Below are positions 49,817 to 61,245 of a DNA stretch of 64,000 nt, one piece after another. A model generated the notes under the pieces. The model was not told the DNA's origin. It searched no databases and saw nothing but the letters and a program-made list of their open reading frames with translations. How positions within the stretch are numbered: position 1 is the first letter of the stretch; every line of letters starts with the position of its first letter. The stretch comes from Hyphochytrium catenoides. Taxonomy: Eukaryota > Protista > Hyphochytriomycota. Location of the stretch: assembly GCA_900088475.1 (NCBI GenBank), contig FLMG01003788.1, forward strand, positions 1 through 64,000. Direction: 5' to 3'. The position numbers were made by a program, and so were the translations under genes.

Positions 49817-49960
49817 CATAACCCAATCTAAAAAATTAGAACTGCGGATCGTGATCTGAAGGTTCATCGGAGATCCTCCAAAATCCGGCTCTCTGCAGAT
49901 TGATCTTTGAAGCTCATCGCAGCTTCAAAAGAGCGTGTCTGAGGAGGTTGTCATAGAATA

Positions 49961-51397
49961 ATGCTTGGTCCCTCCAATGAAGACGCTGGAGGTGGGGTGA
50001 CAGTCGTTCTGTGCGAAGCGTTGGTCCGCCATCTGCACGGCGAGCCTGAGCTCAATGATCTCTGCCAGAAGTCTCTGATAGAGGCACGGACTGAGATCGA
50101 CAAGGCGTTAGAGCGAACAATGCTGAAGAGAAAGGGAAAGACTACAAAGACAGGAAGCCCTTCTTCCTCATCTTCTCCTCCTCCTCTTCTACCGCCTGTC
50201 CACCCTTCAATAACGGGTCTCTCTCTCTCTCCTGCTCTCTCCTATTCCCCTCCGTCTCTTCTCGTTCCCGTCAAGTCCAGATCCAGTAGCATCCGGCCCA
50301 AGCCAATGATAAATAGCCTCATAGAGAAGACCAGCAGCAAAAAGAAGAGCAGTAAGAAACGACAGAAAGAGAAAAGAGCAGGAGAAGAGAGAGAGACAGA
50401 GAGAGCGCCAACAGCTGCTGGCCTAGGAGAAGGAGGAGGAAGAACGAGAAAGAGAGAGAAACTCCGCGTGATGGCGGCGGTGCAGTCCTACGCCCCTCTC
50501 ACTGTGGCGCAAAGCAATGTCACGGTGATGGAGAGAATCTTTGGTCAGAGATTCAGTGACTGGTGGTGGAGAAAGAGAAAGATCCTAGCCCATCCTCTCG
50601 TCGGACTCGTGCTCTGTCTCGCTGTAGCGGCGCTCGCATTGACGGCCATCGGCGCATCTCTCTCTGAAGCACATCGCAGTCTCTCTGCTATTCTCTATGG
50701 ACTTATCCTACTCTACCTCGCAGTGCTGCAGTCTTTTTATCTCAACTTTGCCCTTGCAGTTCGTTCTTTCCAGACCATCGACTCGCTTCTCTTCATGGCA
50801 GAGATCACCCAGTTTGCTCTCTCTCTCGCTTGCGTTCTCTGTTTCTCTCTCTCTGGATGGATCCTCTCTCTCTCTACGGCTTTCTCTCTCACGTATCTCA
50901 ACCTAAGCTATGACAGCTTTCCTGTCGGGCTAAGAAAGACAATGCGAGGGCCGCTTGTCCTCTGGAGCTTGGCCTTCGCCTTGCTCTTAGCGGGGATCTA
51001 TCTCCATCTGCCCGTCCACATGTGCGGGTACCGTCTGGACCTGAATAATGGGATGATAGACGAGGAAGAAGCTCTAAAAAAGGCGGATCTTTCGGAGTGG
51101 AATCTCTCTCTCTTGGATTTTTGTCTCAACCGCGGTTTCTCTGTGTTAATGTTAATGGTTCGGACCACTTTCTTGGCCTTCCGCCATCCTAGTGACTGCA
51201 CGATCATCAGGAGCAGGATCCGAGTGATGGAGCTGCCGCTACCGCCGTCTTCTCTCTCTTCCTCGGCGGCCTGCGCTTCTTCTTCTCTCCTCTCGTCTCC
51301 CGCGTCTCTCTCTGCTGTCTCTCCTCCTCCTGCCTCATCAGCGACGACCCCCGTAGTTGAAATAGTAGGAGGGAGGAAGAGGGATATTAACTATTGA
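49961..51397 (+). CDS. Uncharacterised ~6-TM membrane protein, family copy C (478 aa, intronless)
   Basis: Intact ORF with EARTEIDKAL, SNVTVMERIFG, YDSFPVGLRKTMR, MCGYRLDL, DFCLNRGFSVLMLM, HPSDCTIIRSR. Confidence 0.9.
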   Translation: MLGPSNEDAGGGVTVVLCEALVRHLHGEPELNDLCQKSLIEARTEIDKALERTMLKRKGKTTKTGSPSSSSSPPPLLPPVHPSITGLSLSPALSYSPPSLLVPVKSRSSSIRPKPMINSLIEKTSSKKKSSKKRQKEKRAGEERETERAPTAAGLGEGGGRTRKREKLRVMAAVQSYAPLTVAQSNVTVMERIFGQRFSDWWWRKRKILAHPLVGLVLCLAVAALALTAIGASLSEAHRSLSAILYGLILLYLAVLQSFYLNFALAVRSFQTIDSLLFMAEITQFALSLACVLCFSLSGWILSLSTAFSLTYLNLSYDSFPVGLRKTMRGPLVLWSLAFALLLAGIYLHLPVHMCGYRLDLNNGMIDEEEALKKADLSEWNLSLLDFCLNRGFSVLMLMVRTTFLAFRHPSDCTIIRSRIRVMELPLPPSSLSSSAACASSSLLSSPASLSAVSPPPASSATTPVVEIVGGRKRDINY

Positions 51398-51441
51398 ATA
51401 AGAAGAGGACTCACTCGTACACCCGATTGGCAGGAGGAGAG

Positions 51442-51482
<41 letters not shown>

Positions 51483-52398
51483 AGAGAGAGAGAGAGAGAA
51501 GAGAGAAGTGAGAGAGAGAGAGAGAGAATGGAGAGAGAGAGAGTAATTTATTTACACTCTATGTTATGAGCCCTCCTCACTTCATCATGATGGTCCTCAT
51601 CACCTCATTGGCGCAGTACGCGGTCTGTAAACTATTAGTCGTAGGTAGGAGAGACACAGCAGGGGAAGGAGAGAAAGAGTAGTTAGTTAGTTAGTCCTGG
51701 CGAATGGAAGACGATCCCTCTCACTCTTCTAGGCACTCTTTTCTTTATGTAGCAGCGCAAAGCGATACGTCAGTAGAAAGAGAGGATGACGTTCTTCGGC
51801 ATGAAAGAGAGGCATAAAAGAGAGAGAGAGAAAGAGAGAGAGAGAGAACTAGAAGTGAAAAAGTGAGAGTGGCATAGATAATATTAGACCAACGGGTTGC
51901 CCGCCCTCAGTTCCCCTTGACCTTCGCGATGAAACTGCCTAACTTCACTCCTTCGTCTTGTTGTCTCCTCTCTCTTCTTCTTCTTTCTCTACTCCTCTTC
52001 TTCTCTCTCTCCTGGACTGTGGCCTCCTCTTATCTTTCTCTTCATCTCTCTCTCTCTCTCTCTCTCGCTCTCTCTCCCTCTCTCTCTCTCTCTCTCTTCT
52101 GCCAGCAGTAGCAGCGCTGAGAAGATACGCAGTCGTTGCTCTGATGATGTTACACTACCAGATTCGACTTTGGATGTAACAGACGGCGCTATTCCTAATA
52201 TGACTTACCTTCATTCTTCATTAAAGCCATCATTTGTGCCTCTATCGCTGACGTGTCGACCTCTTGATCATTTTTGTGGGAACAAAGATCCATTCACAAA
52301 ACTGAGAGAGACGGAGAGAGAGAGAGAGAAGGCCTCTCCTTCCTCCTCTCCCCTCTTTCTTTCCCCTTCGTCTCCTCTTGTCTGCTGTCTCCCCCTCG

Positions 52399-52448
<50 letters not shown>

Positions 52449-53048
52449 GTAACTCGGAGAGGAAGGGAGAGAGAGACAGAGTCGATAAGAGAGAGATGAC
52501 TGGAAGAGAAGAGAGAGACGGGAGCTGAACTTAGCGAAACGTGCGCAAACCTGCGACAACAGTATGAGATAACCAGACACGCACCGAATGCCTTAAGCGG
52601 AGAGGAAGAAAGAGAGGAAGAAAGAGAGGAGAGAGAGAGAAAGAGAGAGAGAGANNNNNNNNNNNNNNNNNNNNNNNNNNNNNNNNNNNNNNNNNNNNNN
52701 NNNNNNNNNNNNNNNGAGAGAGAGAGAGAGAGAGAAAGAGAGTTAGAGGCAACAATTTGTCCTCTTCTTCGTATCATGTCAGCAAGCGCACCAACAAGCT
52801 GAAGAGGTGGCAACACGTCTTACACTTTCTTCTTGCCCTCGTTGGGAATCTCTCTATAGCTAAGGAGAGAGAAAAGAGAGAAAGAGAGAGAGAGAAAGAG
52901 AGAGAGCGAGGTGCGAACTTGAGCTCTGTCTTTGGGCTTATCAGTCCACGACGATGGCAGCTACTCTCAGCCTGAGCAGAGTTCAACGCTATTTCTATTG
53001 ATTTCCTTACATTTCATCCCTTTCTCTTCTCTCTCAAGGGAGACGGGG

Positions 53049-53083
<35 letters not shown>

Positions 53084-53128
53084 GAGAAGAAAGAAGGTGA
53101 AGAGAGAGAATAGAGTAGTTCAAAGGCA

Positions 53129-54598
53129 ATGGACGCGGTAGAGGCAGCAACCTGTTGCCTCTCCCAAGCCTTGGCAGCGCATTTGAGAGAGAGAAAGCCA
53201 CGGTTTGTCTCCTATGAACAGTCAAGAAAGGCGCTCTTGGAGGCGAGAGAGGAGATAGACAATGCTCTTCTTCCCTCTTCTCTCCCTCCTCTCTCTTCTT
53301 CTCCTCCTTCTCCCTACCCGTCTCTCTCTTCTCTTTCCTCTCCGGCCATACAGAGCATCCAGAAGACAAAGGAGGCTTGGAATAAGCCAAGAGCAGAAGA
53401 AGAAGACGAAAGAGGCGAGAGAGGAAAGAAGGAAAAGAAGAAAGAGAGAGAGAGACGAAGAAGAGAGAGAGGAGAAGATGTCCCTTCCCAAAGGCTCCGT
53501 GTCATGACGGCGGTCCAGTCCTATACAGAGTTAAGCCTAAGAGAGAGCAACGTAACAGTGATGGAGAGACTCTTCGGGAAGAGATTCTATGACGCCTGGT
53601 GGAAGAGAAGAAAGGTGCTTGGCCATCCTCTTCTTCTCTCTTTCCTTTTCGTCCTCGCCTGTGCCCTACATGGCGCCTATGCTGCTGTCTCTCTCCCGGA
53701 GAGAGAGAAAACGATCGCCGCGGCGGTCTATACTCTCTCTGTCTTCTACATCACGCTCCGGCAGACTTCTCTCTGGAACTTCTTTCTCCTTCGAAGAGCA
53801 CTAAGCACGGTGGATGCCTTTCTCTTTCTTGGAGAGATGTGCTTCTTCGCTGTCTCTCTGTGCGGTGTCTTCTGTTTCTCTCTCTCCGGGTGTCTCTTCT
53901 CTCTCTCTCTCGGCTTTGCTCTCTCTCAAGGCTTTATAATGTATGACTGCTGCCCCGTGGTGCTCAGGAGAGGAATGAGAGCCGCGTTGGTTCTCTGGAC
54001 GCTGACCTTTCTCTCTTCTCTCGCTTTCATTTACTTCCGCGTCCCTTCCGAGATGTGCACCTACAGCTTTGACCTAATGAACGGACTGGTAAGAGAGACA
54101 AAGGGCGGAGAAGCGGTGGGAGAGAGAAAAGAAGAGAGAGAGAAGAAAGAGGGAGAGAAAGAGTCAGAATGGACCATGTCCATGTTGGACTTCTGCCTCA
54201 ATCGCGGGTTTTCTGTCTTAATGTTGATGCTCCGGACTACTTACTGGGCCTTCAAGCACCCGCAAGACTGTGTTATTATTAGAAGCAGGGTCACCGTGAG
54301 AGAGCTACCGGTGAGGGGAGAGAGAGGAGAGAAAGAAGAGAGAGAAAGAAGAGACAAGGGGATGATAATGGATCATCAAGGACCAAAGAGTAAGGTTGCT
54401 GTCCTTCCTCAGCAGCTGCTGGAGGGAAGGGAAGGAGCAGCTCTTCGGAACTCTAACGAAGAGGATAAAATGAGAGAGAAGAAGGACGGCGGAGAGAGAA
54501 GCAGAGAGAGAGACGACAAGGAGAGAGAGAGAAAAGAAAGAAAGAATTCCTTTGACAGGAGGAGACAGCAGATATTCCCCCTCAGTCTTGGGCAATGA
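53129..54598 (+). CDS. Uncharacterised ~6-TM membrane protein, family copy D (489 aa, intronless)
   Basis: Intact ORF with EAREEIDNAL, ESNVTVMERLFG, YDCCPVVLRRGMR, MCTYSFDL, DFCLNRGFSVLMLM, HPQDCVIIRSR. Confidence 0.9.
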   Translation: MDAVEAATCCLSQALAAHLRERKPRFVSYEQSRKALLEAREEIDNALLPSSLPPLSSSPPSPYPSLSSLSSPAIQSIQKTKEAWNKPRAEEEDERGERGKKEKKKERERRRRERGEDVPSQRLRVMTAVQSYTELSLRESNVTVMERLFGKRFYDAWWKRRKVLGHPLLLSFLFVLACALHGAYAAVSLPEREKTIAAAVYTLSVFYITLRQTSLWNFFLLRRALSTVDAFLFLGEMCFFAVSLCGVFCFSLSGCLFSLSLGFALSQGFIMYDCCPVVLRRGMRAALVLWTLTFLSSLAFIYFRVPSEMCTYSFDLMNGLVRETKGGEAVGERKEEREKKEGEKESEWTMSMLDFCLNRGFSVLMLMLRTTYWAFKHPQDCVIIRSRVTVRELPVRGERGEKEERERRDKGMIMDHQGPKSKVAVLPQQLLEGREGAALRNSNEEDKMREKKDGGERSRERDDKERERKERKNSFDRRRQQIFPLSLGQ

Positions 54599-54689
54599 TA
54601 AAATATGAAGATGAAGGCTCTTTGATCTTTTCTTTCTGTCCTCTTCCAGACTTTTCTCTTCTTCCAATGTTGTCTTCTCCTCCTCGGCT

Positions 54690-54731
<42 letters not shown>

Positions 54732-55452
54732 AGCTTGGACCCTCTTCTTCCTTACTCCAATTTGCCTCTCTCCACACTCTGCTGCTTTGCCGTCGTACGC
54801 CTTGTTACACATTATAGGCTCCAGATAATATATTCTTCCTGAGACGTCAAGAACGTGACAGATAGAGAGAGAAAAAGAGAGAGGGAGAGAGAGAGAGAGT
54901 AAGGAAGAGAGGATGAGCACAAAGGAGGGAAGAAACGACAGAACGGAGAGAGAACTTGAGAGCGGCGATGTCCTTGTCTGTGAAAGTACCAGCTACTAGT
55001 CCGCACGCTGCTCTACATTGACAATAATGGTTCAGGAGAGAGAGAGAGAGAGAGAGAGACAAGGAAACAAACAGAGAGAGTGAAGAAGAGAGAGAGAGAG
55101 TGAAGAAGAGAGGGAGAGAGAGTGAAAGAAGTAAGGGAAAGACGAGGAAAAAGCCAAGGGCGCTGGAGCAAAGAAGAGAAACCATCAAAGTAAAGGGCCC
55201 TTGCTAAAGATCAGTCAGATGGAGAGCTAGAGAGGTAGCTCTTGCAGCTCTCGAACAGATCTCTCTCTCTCCCGCTCCAGAAAGCGAATGAAGGAGAGAA
55301 GAAGAGACACCACGTTGGACGTCTGCCAGAGCCGACGCGAAGAAGCCTCGAGAGACGAAGAGAAACCGGCAAGAGCAAGAGAGACGCTCAAGCCGTCGGG
55401 ACGCTGGAAATGTACTGAAGAAAGAGTGATTTAGAAGGAAAGAAAGAGGGAG

Positions 55453-55497
<45 letters not shown>

Positions 55498-55516
55498 AAG
55501 TGTANNNNNNNNNNNN

Positions 55517-55563
<47 letters not shown>

Positions 55564-55664
55564 AAGGGACTGACCGGAGAAGAAGAGAGGGAATGGAGAA
55601 TACGAGGCTCTCCGGTTAGCTTGAGAGTCCAACCATCGTCATTCCTTGAGGATATTCAGACTCC

Positions 55665-57209
55665 TCAGAGCTCCGGCAGACTTTCAAGAGGATCTTCCCC
55701 CGCGGAATGACCGGAGCACCAGCCTTCCGCAGCCTCCTTCTTCTCCCTCGAGAAGGAAGAAGCCGCCGCGTATAAGAGAGAGGACGAGGATGGGGACGTG
55801 ACGTCTGCAGAGAGAGAAGACATGGAAGAGAGAGACAGCAGCGTGTCCATCTTCCTCACCAGCTGCTCCACCTTGAAAGGCTTCAGAATGATATCGTCCA
55901 TGCGCTGCTCAGGCACGCTTTCCGGTCATCCTGGGTCGCACTTGCCGTCAATGCAATCACTGGAATGGCATTTCTAGCTCTGCGGACGGCCCGACAGGCC
56001 TCAAATCCGTCCATGACGGGCATCTGACAGTCCATGAGGATCAAATCGTAGGCTTTTCCCTTGTTGAGCCTCTCTAACATCTGGGCGCCGTCCTCTGCCC
56101 AGTCCACGTCGCGGTATCCCTGCACCAAGAGGAGCTCCATGGCAATTCGGGCAGAGAGAGAGTTGTCCTCTGCTAGAAGGATGTGTTTCTTCTCTCTCTC
56201 TGCGGGAGAGAGAGGAGGGAAAGAGAGAGAGAGAGAGGGAGAAGAAGCCATACTGAAAGAGGAAGTGCGGGAAAGCCTTCCATCAACGGAGCTCGGTGAC
56301 GTTAGAATAGAAAAATCTGACACATCTCGAGAGAGAGAGGGAGACCAACCAGCGGACCCGTTGTTCCAACAGCGGTCTTCTCCCCAATGACGATTGTTAG
56401 GGCCAAGAGCAACAAGTCTTCCTCTCTTTCTCTCTCTCCTTGGTCTTCTTCTCCTCCGCGCGAGACGCCCAACGGGACATGAAAAGAGAACGTGCTACCC
56501 TTTCTTGGTTCACTTTGCAGTGAGATGTCTCCTCCCATGAGAGAGAGAAGATCCTTGCAAATGGAGAGACCGAGCCCTGAGCCTCCGTACTTCCTGGTCG
56601 TGCTGTTATCTGCCTGGATAAACGGACGGAAGAGCTTTGCCTGTGTCTCCGGAGCTATTCCTATCCCTGTGTCCGAGACGCTTGCCTCCGCTATCACCAC
56701 CCCTCCCTCCGCTTCTTTGCTGTCCTCTTCTCTTCTTCCGGTTGGCTCCGTCACCATGCTGCTCTCTCTCTCTTCTTGCAGAGGAGAAGTTTGTTCTCCT
56801 CTGTCTTCTTCTTCCCTTCTGTTTCGCGCAGGTCAACCAATTGCTTTCCCTCTCTTCTCTTGTTGTTGGAGGCGTTTCTTCTCTCTCTTCTTTCCCTAGC
56901 TTCTTTTCCGTTTTGTCGTTCATTGTTTGTCCTTGCGGACCGCTGTGCTGTCTTCTGCTTCTCTCTCCTCTCCGCCGGTCTCTCTTCTTCCCCATCTCCT
57001 CCTTATCTAACCGCTTTCTCTCCCGCTGTTGCTTTCTCTTTTCTCTCTCTTTTGCCGTCTCTTCCCGAAGAGACATGGAGACAACATGTACCTTTCCTCC
57101 GTCTTCTGTGAATTTGATGGCGTTAGAGAGAAGATTCACTAGGATTTGCTCTATTCGCTTGGAGTCTCCCACCACCGCTACTGACTGTAAAGTCTCAGCC
57201 GCTTGATAG
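55665..57209 (-). pseudogene. Hybrid sensor histidine kinase fragment (HATPase_c + receiver), three frame changes, no HisKA H-box found upstream
   Basis: N box GDSKRIEQILVNLLSNAIKFT, G1/F/G2 boxes DTGIGI..LFRPFIQAD..YGGSGLGL, receiver LAEDN..LMDCQMPVMDG..IALTA..MDD..KP, spread over four ORFs. One G is missing at ~55903 (AGC GC ATG). Acceptor ccag|C at 57209. Confidence 0.8.
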
Positions 57210-57287
57210 CTGGAGAGAAAGAAGGGTTAGAGAAAGAGAAAGAGAGAGAGAGAGAGGGGAGAGAGAGAGAGAGAGAGAGAGATTGGG

Positions 57288-57328
<41 letters not shown>

Positions 57329-58679
57329 ACAGAAACACCGTTTGAGAAAATCTTGGAAGAATAGAGGAGCATAAAGAGAGAGAGAAACAATAAGTGAAAC
57401 CAACATGATAAATAAGAGACGCTTACAACGACAGACAAACTCTCCATATAAACAGAAGCTAAAAGTAGGTGAAAGAGAGAGAGAGCTTCCGACTGAGTGT
57501 CACCTTCGTCTCATCATGGCGCTGTCGTTTCGTTTCTATGGAGAGAAGACTTTCTGGGAAGAAGGAGAAGAGAGAATCTGCTGAGTCTTTCCTTCCCAGG
57601 CAGCACACAGCATCACTGCTATTATCAGATGATGGGGCTACTTCCTCCTCCACCGATGAAGGAGATCGCAAGAAGAAGGCAAGCAACAGGGGCGAGGCCA
57701 TCACAGAGACGATCTGCTGTCTGAAAAGCTTCCCTTAGTAGAACATGAAGATGGCCGTTTCCCGTGGCAAACTACTGGCAGCAGCACATCTGTGGCCCAG
57801 TCAAGACCCGTTACTCAGTCCGCGGTAAGAGAGAGAGAGAGAGAAGGATACTCGCTGCGGATGTTTTAGGAGAAGGAGAGAGAGCCCACGAAGAAGAGAT
57901 GATTCGCATCGCTTTCCTGAGAAGAGTCCAAGAATGTAGAGACAGCGTCGCGTGAGAAGGATAATAGAAGGGCAACGAAGGGGATTGTCCCGCCTTCTAA
58001 GGGACACTGTGGACGGAGCGAGGAGTGAGAATGAGACATCTAAGAAGGGAGAGACGCTGAAGCTGCTGCTGGTGCCGAGAGAGAGAGAGAGAGAGAGAGA
58101 GCTCCTTTATTATTCTGCTTAGCCCAGAATACGAGAGGAGAGAAGGCGAGAGGAGAGAAGATGTCTCTTCAAGTCTCTTCTCTTCTTATCTCTCTCCCTG
58201 ATAATATCCTCTTCAGCTTTCTCTCCATCTTCCCTTGAATGCCCTTTGCAGCTCTCCTCATCTTGTTTTTTTCTCTTCGCGCGGGCTAGGTTGACGTGCT
58301 GGTCAGCAACGTAAGAGCCCTAGTCTCTGTCTTACCTCTCCTGTTTCGTTGTCATCTTTCCTGTCTCTCTCTATCACAACTCTCTCCCTCTCGCTCTTCC
58401 TCCTTTTTTCTTTTCGCTCCCTCTCTCTTTCTCTCTGCCCTGTTACTCTCTGGTTTTCTCTCCTTCTCTCTTGTTCTCTCTCTGTCTCGCTATCGCGCTC
58501 TCTCTCTCTCTTGTCCCTTGTCCTCTCTTGTTCTCTGTCTGTCTGTCTGTCCCTTTCACTCTCGTCNNNNNNNNNNNNNNNNNNNNNNNNNNNNNNNNNN
58601 NNNNNNNNNNNNNNNNNNNNNNNNNNNNNNNNNNNNNNNNNNNNNNNNNNNNNNNNCCGCATCGGCTTGGAGGGCCTGC

Positions 58680-59189
58680 TCAAGCTGGCACTGCATATCT
58701 TGGATCATCTTCGCTTCCTTTCTGATGCAGGACGATAACATTCTCATCAGGGTCTCTAAGAACGGCAAAAAGTCCTCCGGGCCCAGAGAAAGGCTTCGAG
58801 ACGTTGCAGTCCAGCCCCTTTAGCCTCTCCACATCTCTCTCCAAGTCGTCCGAGTCCAGCGTTAGACCTGTCTTCTTACCCGGAGGAACCTCTTCACCTG
58901 CACATTCTTCTTCTTGTCCTCCGGCGCCCTTCTTCCCTCCTTCCTCCTGACGGTTCTCTCCTGTTTTCTGGGAGAAGGGAGAGGGAAAGAGACAGAGAGA
59001 GATCGTGGTGCTGTCGTCCGTCGGGGTTGCAAGCTGAATCCAGCGGAAATCTACGGCTTTGCCCTGATGCTCCATGAGATGCTTCTCGTCTCTCTTCGTG
59101 ATGAAGCCCAGACGTTCTCGATAGAACTTCAGGGACCTGTCCTGGTCCCGGACAGGAATGGAGATGACGCTGAAGTTCGTGAATACCAT
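58680..59189 (-). CDS. VOC-family (glyoxalase/bleomycin-resistance-like) protein, 169 aa
   Basis: VISIPVRDQDRSLKFYRERLGF, RWIQL, LDSDDLERDVERLKG and FAVLRDPDENVIVLHQ are typical VOC motifs. Intronless. Confidence 0.9.
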   Translation of the reverse strand: MVFTNFSVISIPVRDQDRSLKFYRERLGFITKRDEKHLMEHQGKAVDFRWIQLATPTDDSTTISLCLFPSPFSQKTGENRQEEGGKKGAGGQEEECAGEEVPPGKKTGLTLDSDDLERDVERLKGLDCNVSKPFSGPGGLFAVLRDPDENVIVLHQKGSEDDPRYAVPA

Positions 59190-59477
59190 GGCTCCGTCCG
59201 CTTCAGATGCGAGAGATTGTCGGCGCGGCGTCTTTTCTGCTGGCGGCGGGCGGCGGCAGGGAAAAGTAGATACTGAACTGAAAGGCCTGGGACGCAGGGA
59301 AAAAGAAGATAAAGAAGTGAACCATCATTGAGCTCTAGAAAGTCGCGACAGTGTGGCAGGTGAATGAGAGAGGAGGGCGCTCTCAAAACTTTTAGTGTAA
59401 GAAGAAGGGGAGATGTGAGAGACAGAGAGATATAAAGAGATTCAGGGAGAGAGGGAGTGGGGGGAGAGAGAGGTATA

Positions 59478-59546
<69 letters not shown>

Positions 59547-60184
59547 GAGAGAGAGAAAAGAGAGAAGAAGAGAGAGAGAGAAAAAAGAGAGAAGAAGAGA
59601 GAAGAAGAGAGAAGAAGAGAGAGAAGAGAGAGAGAGAGGAGAGAGGAAGAAGAGAGAGAGAGAGAAACAGAGAGAGTTTTGATGCTAAGCGGAACAGAAA
59701 CCAACCGCCTCGAGACAGAGTGAGCTACTAACCTGTATTATGTAGAATATCCAACCATCCAGAGATGCAATCTTCCGCTCTTTTTGGTCAAACCGACAAC
59801 GTGAAGAACTTTCGGCACGAAAGCTTCATGGCAACGAAGCTTTCTCATCCTGCATCCCCTCTTAGCTATATCAATAAAAGAATGGAAATCCTTGAAACGT
59901 TTCGTGAAGGAAACTATTGTGTTTGTGCCCAAGATCTTCAGAGAAGAGATCTTTCTTGCTTTGCTCTGTCACAACGACTCACAGCGTGATAACCGGAGAC
60001 TCTCTTCTCTCCAAAACGCTGCTAATAAGCAGCGAGAAGCAGCGCTGACAAAGCTCCTACGTTGGAGACTGATCAGAAGAACCACTTGGCTCAATCCTCC
60101 TCGTTCTGCTCGTCATCGCCATCATCTTGGGACTGCTGGACAGAAAGCATTCTGATGAGTGGCATTCATCATCCTTCTTCTCAT

Positions 60185-60300
60185 CAGCAGATCTCTGCCT
60201 CCTGGACCACCACGTGTCAGAGTCCCTTACATAGATCTGCTCTCTTTTATACGTAAGGCTGTAGTCCGGCTTTGCCTTAGGATATTGCAGGAGACGCTTC
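60185..60300 (-). mobile_element. Short Ty1/copia RT-RNase H junction relic in inverted orientation
   Basis: Minus-strand translation KRLLQYPKAKPDYSLTY..DSDTWW resembles copia KR.LRYLKGT.DY.L.Y..SDADW. It is the reverse complement of 60397-60448. Confidence 0.65.
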
Positions 60301-60960
60301 GTCCGCAGATCTCGGTCTAACCAGCAGATCTTACGCGGTAGGCCTACTTGGGAGATTTGCCTCTAAGCCTACGAACGATCGCCCACTGGACGCCATGAAG
60401 CGTCTCCTGCAAGATCTCAAGGCACGTGCGGACACAATCTTACGTATAGCAATGAGCAGTTGTCTGAAGGAGTCCTCTATCTTCTGATCTTGTGGGCTTT
60501 TCGGCTGCTATTTGGGCAGGGGACTAATGGGACGGAAAGAGCACTTCCGGTTATGTTCTTTTTCTATGGTGGCGCAGCTGTGACATGGAAATCCAAGAAG
60601 CAGGCGACTGTGGCTCTTTTTTCCAGCACCGAAGCAGAGTACATCGGTCTTCTCCCAATGGCTGCGAAGACGGGTGTATGGCTTTGTCAACTTCTAAGGG
60701 AACTTGGAGAAGGAGACGTAGCTGCTACGGTACTTTATGGAGACAACATTGGCTCAATCTTCTTGAGCAGCCATCCAGTTGGCCATCAACGCACCAAACA
60801 CATAGAGGAGGTTCGATGCACTTTGTCTGTCACAAGATTGAGAAAGGTGAAATAATCAAAGCCACTCACTTCTTGGTGACAGAGGCAACGGTAGCGGACG
60901 CCGCACTCACTCAGGCTCTTTCTCAAGAAAAGCACTCGCACGTTGCCCAAGTGATGTCGT
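60301..60960 (+). mobile_element. Degenerate Ty1/copia retrotransposon pol remnant (end of RT plus RNase H)
   Basis: VGLLGRFASKP, MKRLLQDLK, GAAVTWKSKKQATVAL.STEAEYI, VWL..LL.ELG, LYGDN.GSI.L..HP..HQRTKHI, HFV..KIEKGEI, with frameshifts and stops. No LTRs seen. Confidence 0.9.
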
Positions 60961-61174
60961 CTGGGGACTTCACATCCTACTCTAGTCGTCGAACATAGTC
61001 TGAACGACCGGGAGGAGTGTTGCGAGAGCGTCCTGATTATGTTGTTGCAATGGTAGGAGCGAGTTAAGGTGCAACTCATTGCAGCAGCATCTCTTGATGA
61101 CCTGTGGCTGCAAGCTGATGGGCACGACAGAAACTGGCCCTACGTTCTGGCGACTGAGGTAGTCGATTGGAGGT

Positions 61175-61245
61175 GCCCCTCAGAGCGTTTGTTCGCTTTG
61201 TTCCGTGGCCCCTCAGAGCGTTTGTTGGCTTTATTCCGTGGCCCC
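61175..61245. repeat. Tandem repeat, 2 x 33 bp
   Basis: GCCCCTCAGAGCGTTTGTT(C/G)GCTTT(G/A)TTCCGTG at 61175 and 61208. Confidence 0.85.

Noticed and set aside
59738-59932. KRFKDFHSFIDIAKRGCRMRKLRC, faintly like a copia integrase segment
   Set aside because: No catalytic D..G.E motif, and the similarity is too weak by eye.
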